From Syntrophales bacterium (GTDB taxonomy: Bacteria; Desulfobacterota; Syntrophia; Syntrophales; UBA8958), in NCBI GenBank assembly GCA_026417625.1, contig JAOACW010000003.1, positions 76,699 to 140,698 of the forward strand: a stretch of DNA of 64,000 nt. Reading direction: 5' to 3'. Made by a program: the position numbers and the translations under genes. Every line of letters starts with the position of its first letter. Position 1 is the stretch's first letter. Below the pieces are notes generated by a model. It was not told the origin of the DNA and searched no databases. It worked only from the letters and a program-made list of their open reading frames with translations. Of this stretch, positions 56,215 to 64,000 are shown one piece after another.

Positions 56215-59007
56215 TTAAGGTAAGTTTTCTTTGCACTTCTTGCATATTAACGGATAAGCAGGGTCTGATCCTACATCTTCGCTATAAATCCAGCATCTTT
56301 CACATTTGTTTCCTTTTGCTTTTGTCACTTTTATTTTAAAGTCTTTGATCTCCGAACTTTCGTGGAAGTCCCCATTGATTTCATCTGCTATATATAGCTG
56401 CGATACGATGAGCAACGCCCTTAGATCCTCAATTTTGTCCTTGAGGAAAGCTTTTATGTCTTCCGGGAGACAAAGATACACTGCTGCTGCCAGTGGGTGA
56501 CCGATGATTTTGTTTTTTCGAGCAACCTCTAGAGCTTTTGCAACTTCACTTTTTATTTTCAGCATTTTTTTCCAGTTTTCCGCCAGAGTCGGGTTAATGA
56601 ACTTCTCATCAACCTCTGGGAATTGGGTTAGATGCACACTTTCAGGTTTTCCTTCGTAGTTGGGCAGGGCTTGAAACACCTCCTCGGCGGTAAAGGTCAT
56701 AATAGGAGCTAGAAGCCGGCAAATGGTATCAAGAATGATGAACATTGTAGTCTGTGCGGATTTTCGTCTCGGAGAATTCGCTTTATAGGTGTACAGTCGA
56801 TCCTTAGAAACATCGAGGTACAGAGAGCTCAAGTCCACTGTGCAGAAGTTGTGAAGTGTGTAGTGAACGATGTGGAATTGGTATCTATCGTAGGCATCCC
56901 GGACCCTTTTTATGATTTCTTGTAGGCGATGAAGCACCCACCTGTCTAATTCCTCCAACTGGTCGTACGGAACAGCATCCTTTTGAGGGTCAAAGTCGTA
57001 GAGATTACCGAGGATGTACCTGCAGGTGTTTCGAATACGACGGTAAGCCTCTACAAGACGGTCAAGGATTTCCTTGGAGATTCGGATATCACTTGTGTAA
57101 TCCTCCGCTGCGACCCACAATCTTAGTATCTCGGCTCCATATTCGTTAATGATTTCCTGTGGTTCAATAACGTTGCCCACTGACTTGGACATTTTTCTTC
57201 CTTCACCGTCGACAACAAACCCGTGGGTTAGAACCGTTCTGTATGGTGGTCTGTTTCTCGTAGCTACACATTCAAGAAGTGATGAGTGGAACCAACCTCT
57301 ATGTTGATCGCTTCCTTCCAGGTACATATCAGCTGGTGAACGATGATCTGGTGTGGTTTCCAGTACAGCGGCATGGCTTACACCGGAATCGAACCAAACA
57401 TCGAGAATGTTTGTTTCTTTGCGGAAGTTTTTCCCTTTCTTGCAAACAGGGCATACTGTGTCTGGGGGTAGGAGATCTTCAACCTTCCATTCAAACCACA
57501 CATCGGCTCCGTATCTCCTTATCAGTGAAACGACGTGATCCAGTATTTCTTGGGTCAAAAAATCGCTGTTACAATTATCACAGTAAAATATGGATATGGG
57601 CACTCCCCACACACGCTGACGTGAGATACACCAGTCTGGACGGTTCTCTATCATGGAGTATATCCGATCTCTTCCCCAAGATGGTATCCATTCTACTTTA
57701 TTTATTGCTTCTAGTGCTTTTTTCCTTAAATCATTTTTTTCCATAGAGATGAACCACTGCTCTGTGGAACGAAATATTATGGGTTGTTTGCAACGCCAGC
57801 AGTGTGGATAGGAGTGTTCTATGTCAACTAGAGCAAGGAGATTACCTACTTCTTCTAATTTTTTGTTTACTGCATCGTTGGCGTCAAATACGAATTGACC
57901 TGCGAAAAAAGGTACGTCGGGTGTAAAACAACCATCCTCATTCACGGGAGCATAGTTGTCGAGGCCATACTTCATGCCGATCTCATAGTCTTCTTGACCA
58001 TGACCAGGAGCGATGTGTACACACCCCGTTCCCGCATCAAGGGTCACAAAAGGAGCGAGGATTAGAAGACTTTCTCTCTCCAAAAAAGGATGTTTTGCTT
58101 TAAGTCCCTCGAGAACTGAACCTGGAAATTCATCAAGTATTTCGTAGGATATTCCTCTATAACCAAAGGCATCGAGACAATAGTCTATCAGTTCTTTTGC
58201 GAGCACAAGTACTTCCCCTTCAGTTTTTACGGCAGCGTATGTAAAAGACTCATGTACCGCGATGGCTAAATTCGCAGGTAGGGTCCAGGGGGTAGTGGTC
58301 CATATGACAATACTTACTCGCTCACCTGCAAGGTTTGGTCTTATGGCCCCGATATCTGATATTAATGGAAATTTTACGTAGATGGATGGTGTTTTGTGAT
58401 CACCGTATTCGACTTCTGCTTCTGCAAGAGCAGTTTTGCAGTGGGCACACCAGTAAACCGGTTTTTTCCCTCTGTAAACCCCACCACTAAGGTAGATTTT
58501 ACCAAATTCGGCCACTGTTATAGCTTCATAGTCAAAACTCATTGTGAGATAAGGATTTTCCCAGTCTCCAAAACATCCCAACCTCTTGAATTCATCCCTC
58601 TGGATGTTTACAAACCGTTCTGCATAGGCCCTGCATAGCTGTCTCTTTTCAGCCTGTGAAATACGATTTTTTTCGCCACCAATTTCTTTATCTACCTGAT
58701 GTTCAATTGGAAGTCCGTGACAGTCCCAGCCTGGTACGAAGAGACTGTTGAAACCTGACATGTTTTTTGCTTTTATTACGATGTCCTTCAGTATTTTGTT
58801 CAGAGCGGTACCGAGATGTATATGGCCATTTGCGTAAGGAGGGCCATCGTGGAGTATATATATCTCTCGACCTCTCGATGCTTCTCTTATGCGTTTGTAT
58901 ATGTTGATCTTGTCCCACCACGCGATCATCTCTGGTTCTCTCACGGTAAGATTAGCCTTCATGGAGAAGGATGTTTTGGGCAAATTTAAAGTGTCTCTGT
59001 AATCCAT
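56215..59007 (-). CDS. ileS: Isoleucyl-tRNA synthetase
   Basis: 930 aa; PPYANGHIHLGTALNK, KMSKSVGN, and a C-terminal Zn finger CERCW..CKKC. Confidence 0.95.
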   Translation of the reverse strand: MDYRDTLNLPKTSFSMKANLTVREPEMIAWWDKINIYKRIREASRGREIYILHDGPPYANGHIHLGTALNKILKDIVIKAKNMSGFNSLFVPGWDCHGLPIEHQVDKEIGGEKNRISQAEKRQLCRAYAERFVNIQRDEFKRLGCFGDWENPYLTMSFDYEAITVAEFGKIYLSGGVYRGKKPVYWCAHCKTALAEAEVEYGDHKTPSIYVKFPLISDIGAIRPNLAGERVSIVIWTTTPWTLPANLAIAVHESFTYAAVKTEGEVLVLAKELIDYCLDAFGYRGISYEILDEFPGSVLEGLKAKHPFLERESLLILAPFVTLDAGTGCVHIAPGHGQEDYEIGMKYGLDNYAPVNEDGCFTPDVPFFAGQFVFDANDAVNKKLEEVGNLLALVDIEHSYPHCWRCKQPIIFRSTEQWFISMEKNDLRKKALEAINKVEWIPSWGRDRIYSMIENRPDWCISRQRVWGVPISIFYCDNCNSDFLTQEILDHVVSLIRRYGADVWFEWKVEDLLPPDTVCPVCKKGKNFRKETNILDVWFDSGVSHAAVLETTPDHRSPADMYLEGSDQHRGWFHSSLLECVATRNRPPYRTVLTHGFVVDGEGRKMSKSVGNVIEPQEIINEYGAEILRLWVAAEDYTSDIRISKEILDRLVEAYRRIRNTCRYILGNLYDFDPQKDAVPYDQLEELDRWVLHRLQEIIKRVRDAYDRYQFHIVHYTLHNFCTVDLSSLYLDVSKDRLYTYKANSPRRKSAQTTMFIILDTICRLLAPIMTFTAEEVFQALPNYEGKPESVHLTQFPEVDEKFINPTLAENWKKMLKIKSEVAKALEVARKNKIIGHPLAAAVYLCLPEDIKAFLKDKIEDLRALLIVSQLYIADEINGDFHESSEIKDFKIKVTKAKGNKCERCWIYSEDVGSDPAYPLICKKCKENLP

Positions 59008-59100
59008 AATTACTTCTCCTAGAGAGAGATGAATAATGATAGGGAATCTTGCTCGAGTTTTCTATAATGAAGAGAGAAAAATGTAAATCTTTTTTTTGAA

Positions 59101-59134
59101 AATAAAAACCCCCAGATTTCTCCTGGGGGTTTTT
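59101..59134 (-). terminator. Rho-independent (bidirectional-looking) terminator after groEL
   Basis: A5-CCCCCAG-atttctc-CTGGGGG-T5. Confidence 0.75.
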
Positions 59135-59154
59135 ATTTTGGGTTTTAGTTACTT

Positions 59155-60789
<1,635 letters not shown>

Positions 60790-60798
60790 TCACAGAGT

Positions 60799-61092
60799 TT
60801 ATTTATCTTCGATAATACCGAGAATCTCGTCTTCTCGCATGATGAGGTACTCTTTCCCTTCTATTTTTACCTCCATTCCCGCGTATTTGCTGAACAACAC
60901 CCTGTCTCCCTCTTTGACATCAGGTATTACCAGCTTCCCCTCATCGGTGTATCGACCTTTTCCTACGGCGATAACTTTTCCCTCCATTGGTTTTTCCCTG
61001 GCTGTATCTGGGATAATGATACCTCCAGCCGTTTTTTCTTCTTCTTCGACTCGTTCCACCACAACCCTGTCCTGTAAAGGTCTGATTTTCAT
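60799..61092 (-). CDS. groES: Co-chaperonin GroES
   Basis: [31 protein letters not shown]... ATG 61092 has AGGAG 8 nt upstream. Confidence 0.95.
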   Translation of the reverse strand: MKIRPLQDRVVVERVEEEEKTAGGIIIPDTAREKPMEGKVIAVGKGRYTDEGKLVIPDVKEGDRVLFSKYAGMEVKIEGKEYLIMREDEILGIIEDK

Positions 61093-61141
61093 ATAACCCA
61101 CTCCTTTCTGATTTTTTTGAGTTTTTTACACGTAAAGGCAA

Positions 61142-61157
61142 AAAGAATGCATTCTTT
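61142..61157 (-). promoter_or_regulatory. Perfect 16-nt palindrome in the predicted groES 5' UTR / operator position
   Basis: AAAGAATGCATTCTTT, ~14 nt downstream of the -10 hexamer. Confidence 0.4.
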
Positions 61158-61170
61158 ACTATCGGCGCAT

Positions 61171-61200
61171 AACATATGCACGAAATCAACTATGTCAAGG
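61171..61200 (-). promoter_or_regulatory. Promoter of groES-groEL
   Basis: The minus strand reads CCTTGACA, 16 nt, TATGTT, then ATGCGCCG. I found no CIRCE element. Confidence 0.5.
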
Positions 61201-61258
61201 TCGAGCAGGAATTTTAAATGCCCGTCTGCGCATTGAGGTGTTGATGTGTAACGGTGCT

Positions 61259-61873
61259 CTACTCCCGGATGATATGCTTTACTTCCACGGGTACATTTGC
61301 CAGTTCACGAAAACGTTCTGCATCTTTGAGTTCACCCACAATGTCCCCACAGTGAATGGGTATAGCTACTTCTGGTTGTAGTATCTCAGCCGCTTTGGCG
61401 GCTTCTTCCGCTGTCATTGTATAAGTTCCCCCAACTGGTAGGATGGAAATGTCAGCTTTTATATCCTTCATTTCGGGAATGATATCAGTGTCACCGGCAT
61501 AGTAGATACGTTTACCTTCCGTGGAAATTATATAACCAAGCCACTTGTTTGCTTTTGGGTGATACGGCTTTTGGGGGTTATATGCCGGAACTGCTTCTAC
61601 TTCTATGCCCAAAATTGAGATTTTGTCACCTGGTTTAACAGTAATGATTTCGCCTTTTAATTGTTTTGCACAATCAGAGGGAGCTACAATAACAGTGTCT
61701 GGTTTTCTTAGTTTGTCTATGTCAGCGGGTGAAAAATGGTCATAATGAGAGTGTGTTATAAGGATAATATCAGCTTTCGGTTTTCCACTGACTTTCCATG
61801 GATCAATGTAGATCACCTTTTCTCCCTCTATTCTTATACTTCCGTGACCTAGCCAAAAAATTTTTTCCTTCAT
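61259..61873 (-). CDS. Metallo-beta-lactamase-fold hydrolase (UPF0173-like)
   Basis: MKEKIFWLGHGSIRIEG..ITHSHYDHF.. The start is ATG 61873 (AAAGGAGGAG upstream). The N-terminal 121 aa of track ORF 61259..62236 lie inside pit in another frame. Confidence 0.85.
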   Translation of the reverse strand: MKEKIFWLGHGSIRIEGEKVIYIDPWKVSGKPKADIILITHSHYDHFSPADIDKLRKPDTVIVAPSDCAKQLKGEIITVKPGDKISILGIEVEAVPAYNPQKPYHPKANKWLGYIISTEGKRIYYAGDTDIIPEMKDIKADISILPVGGTYTMTAEEAAKAAEILQPEVAIPIHCGDIVGELKDAERFRELANVPVEVKHIIRE

Positions 61874-61902
61874 ATTGCTCCTCCTTTTGTATTTAATTGA
61901 AC

Positions 61903-62892
61903 TTATAGCTGAATAGAGGATATAATTGCAAAAATAACCGCCGCAATAGTTGCAGAAAGTGGTATGGTAAGAATCCAGGCCCACAGGAGTTTCCCCGCTA
62001 CACCCCATCTCACAGCGGTGAGCCTTTTTGTTGCACCTACTCCCATAATGGCTCCCGCTATAGTGTGGGTTGTGCTCACGGGTATACCACCTATGGAGGC
62101 TCCTATTATGGAAAATGCCGCTGCTGTTTCTGCGCAGAAACCACCTATGGGCTGCAGTTTTGTGATCTTTGTGCCCATCGTCTTTACTATCCGCCACCCT
62201 CCGAACATTGTGCCGAGTGCGATGGTAGTGTAACATATAAACTCCACCCAGTAAGGTATGTGGAATACTGGTCCTATCAAACCTTCACTGAACAGAACGG
62301 CTGCAATAACTCCCATTGTTTTCTGGGCATCATTCATACCATGTCCTAGGCTATATATGGCAGCTGAAACGAGTTGTAACTTACGGAACCTTTTTGTGGA
62401 CTGAGCTATATTGGAATTACGGCTGAGGTTAAGGGTTATTACCATCAGAGTGAACCCCAGAATGAGCCCTATGAGAGGTGAGATAAAGATGAAGGAAAAA
62501 GTTTTTAAAAAACCACTCCACACTAGGACGTCTATACCCGATTTCATTACCCCAGCCCCGATTAGTCCTCCTATGAGAGCGTGGGAGGAACTACTTGGTA
62601 AGCCATAAGCCCAAGTTATTAAGTTCCAGATTATAGCACCAGCTAGTGCTGAGAATATGATGTTGTTGTCTATTATTTCAGGACGTATGATACCTGTGCC
62701 AATTGTTTTAGCAACTGGGGTTCCAGCTATTGCGATTGCTGCGAAATTGAAGAAGGCGGCCCATATAACGGCATAGCGTGGTGATAGTACCCGAGTGGAC
62801 ACTATTGTTGATATAGAATTAGCTGCATCATGAAACCCGTTTATGAAATCGAAGATCAGCGCAACAATTATTAGGATGATTAAATAACTCAT
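61903..62892 (-). CDS. pit: Inorganic phosphate transporter, PiT family
   Basis: 329 aa, multi-TM; FDFINGFHDAANSI, GHGMNDAQK. Confidence 0.92.
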   Translation of the reverse strand: MSYLIILIIVALIFDFINGFHDAANSISTIVSTRVLSPRYAVIWAAFFNFAAIAIAGTPVAKTIGTGIIRPEIIDNNIIFSALAGAIIWNLITWAYGLPSSSSHALIGGLIGAGVMKSGIDVLVWSGFLKTFSFIFISPLIGLILGFTLMVITLNLSRNSNIAQSTKRFRKLQLVSAAIYSLGHGMNDAQKTMGVIAAVLFSEGLIGPVFHIPYWVEFICYTTIALGTMFGGWRIVKTMGTKITKLQPIGGFCAETAAAFSIIGASIGGIPVSTTHTIAGAIMGVGATKRLTAVRWGVAGKLLWAWILTIPLSATIAAVIFAIISSIQL

Positions 62893-62942
62893 AGGAGGCG
62901 CATAGGAAATGTTAAGGAGAGTCGGTTCTGCTCGACGGTAGT

Positions 62943-63563
62943 TTAAGCATTTTTCAGTACGATTCCTTCCACAATGTTCGATACGTCTTCGCAGACATCC
63001 AGTGCTTCCTCAAAGCGTTCAAAGATTTCCTTCCACTTAATTACTTCGAATGGATCGGTTTCTCGTTCGAACAATTTGGCCATTGTGCTTCGCAGTATAG
63101 AATCTCCAGCATTTTCAATAGTGTTTATCTCTATACAGTTCTTCAGGATGGAGGGGGCATTTTTCATGTCTCTCAAATCTCGAACTATGGTTTTCACTAA
63201 ACGGGTTGCTTCTGTTAATAATTTTGCCTGTTCTATTAGTTCCTCTGCGGGTTTTTTAACTTTATATAGGGACATTCGCACTGCCGAGGCCTCTGTCATG
63301 TCAAGAATACTGTCCATTTTGTTTACCAGCGCGTATATGTCCTCACGATCAATGGGAGTAAGGAAGGTTTTGTGCATCTTTTCGTATGTACGGTGTGTTA
63401 TTATGTCTGCCTCATGCTCAATTTCTTTAAGTTTTACAAGACGTGGTTCGAACGTATCGTAATTGTAAAGCATATCGAGGAATAACCGTGCACCTTCGTC
63501 AATCTTATCCGCCAATTCCTCAAATAGATCGTAAAACTTTTCGTCTTTAGGAATGAGTCTCAT
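62943..63563 (-). CDS. DUF47/PhoU-like Pit accessory protein
   Basis: 206 aa, helical; KEIEHEADIITH.., CEDVSNIVEGIVLKNA. Directly upstream of pit. Confidence 0.8.
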   Translation of the reverse strand: MRLIPKDEKFYDLFEELADKIDEGARLFLDMLYNYDTFEPRLVKLKEIEHEADIITHRTYEKMHKTFLTPIDREDIYALVNKMDSILDMTEASAVRMSLYKVKKPAEELIEQAKLLTEATRLVKTIVRDLRDMKNAPSILKNCIEINTIENAGDSILRSTMAKLFERETDPFEVIKWKEIFERFEEALDVCEDVSNIVEGIVLKNA

Positions 63564-63666
63564 TTAATACCCCTATCTTCAATAGTGAATCATCTAATAA
63601 ATATAGGTTCAAAAAGCAATAAGTTTTGAATAAAAGATGGCCTTGAGAGTTTCTGACTGTTATGGA

Positions 63667-64000
63667 CTACCCATACTTAAGTATAATACCTTCCAATATG
63701 TTTGATACGTCTTCACAAATATCTGTAGCTTCTTCAACATTTTCCAAGATGTCCTTCCACTTTAGCAGTTCCAGTGGGTCATTCATGGTTTCAAAAAGTA
63801 CGGCTATCTCCTGGTGAAGTATTTGGTCGGCTTGATTTTCCTGGGAATTGATTTCCACACACAATTCCAGGATTCTAGAAGCTTGTGTTTTGCGCTTTCT
63901 CATAGCGTAAATCGCTTCTCGGATTAGACTTACTGAACTGAAAAGAATAGACGCCAAACTTAAAAGTCCCGGTGAGGTTTGCCTTATTCGGTAGATGTCC
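63667..64000 (-). CDS. Second DUF47/PhoU-like paralog. The 5' end lies beyond the window.
   Basis: The frame is open to the window edge. The C-terminus (..NQADQILHQEIAVLFE..LKWKDILENVEEATDICEDVSNILEGIILKYG) parallels the neighbouring DUF47 protein. Confidence 0.75.
   Translation of the reverse strand, partial: DIYRIRQTSPGLLSLASILFSSVSLIREAIYAMRKRKTQASRILELCVEINSQENQADQILHQEIAVLFETMNDPLELLKWKDILENVEEATDICEDVSNILEGIILKYG

Noticed and set aside
59008-59100. Looked for a T-box, an Ile-rich leader peptide or an attenuator upstream of ileS; also looked upstream of glnS (47804-47888)
   Set aside because: No sORF, specifier/T-box sequence or terminator-antiterminator pair is present. Only promoter-like hexamers and the groEL terminator were seen.
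61102-61258. CIRCE (TTAGCACTC-N9-GAGTGCTAA) or HAIR operator upstream of groES; also upstream of gmhA-grpE (39614-39727)
   Set aside because: No match to either consensus on either strand.
61874-62236. N-terminal 121 aa of track ORF 61259..62236 (MLHYHRTRHNVRR..)
   Set aside because: This part overlaps the 3' end of pit in another frame and has an aberrant His/Arg/Cys-rich composition. The MBL homology begins at MKEKIFWLGHG, where there is a strong AAAGGAGG RBS at ATG 61873.

Overview
64-kb core-chromosome segment from a bacterium that makes LPS (kdsA/kdsC/lptCAB). It is probably a thermophilic anaerobe: the proteins are rich in charged and Ile/Val residues, and it has an archaeal-type split glutamate synthase, PolX and myo-inositol-phosphate synthase. 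The taxon cannot be fixed from sequence alone. About 60 protein genes; I found no rRNA, tRNA, CRISPR or intact mobile element.

Layout:
- 1-4.6 kb: split glutamate synthase genes plus a GAF/AAA+/HTH sigma54 activator, each preceded by a near-consensus -24/-12 promoter.
- 4.6-14.3 kb: xerD, a TPR membrane protein, then kdsA-kdsC-lptC-lptA-lptB-rpoN-hpf-ptsN-rapZ.
- 14.3-15.0 kb: a non-coding gap that reads like a decayed IS200/RAYT-like transposase.
- 15.0-20.2 kb: coaBC, udg, nfeD-SPFH, enoyl-CoA hydratase.
- 20.2-35.6 kb: a 16-gene aromatic amino-acid supraoperon (aroF-aroB-pheA-aroD-aroE-aroA-aroK-aroC-tyrA, then trpEGDCFBA). It is controlled by two leader-peptide attenuators: a mixed Tyr/Phe/Trp leader (YFWFGYFY) at the front and an internal Trp-Trp-Trp leader with its own promoter.
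- 35.6-39.7 kb: surE, then gmhA-grpE-dnaK, with dnaK broken by a 1-nt deletion.
- 39.7-51.3 kb: HD hydrolase, orphan ParA, MBL, rfbB, sufCB, NlpC/P60-SPOR, rlmI, glnS, polX.
- 51.3-54.7 kb: a Cys-rich small protein, a MEMO-family enzyme with an N-terminal PqqD-like (RiPP-recognition-element-like) domain, inositol-phosphate synthase and a CDP-alcohol phosphatidyltransferase.
- 54.9-64 kb: MBL, lspA-ileS, groES-groEL, MBL, and pit with two tandem DUF47 genes.

The most interesting items are the two-tier aromatic attenuation system and the PqqD-MEMO fusion locus. All calls come from reading the sequence and ORF translations; no database search or folding program was run.
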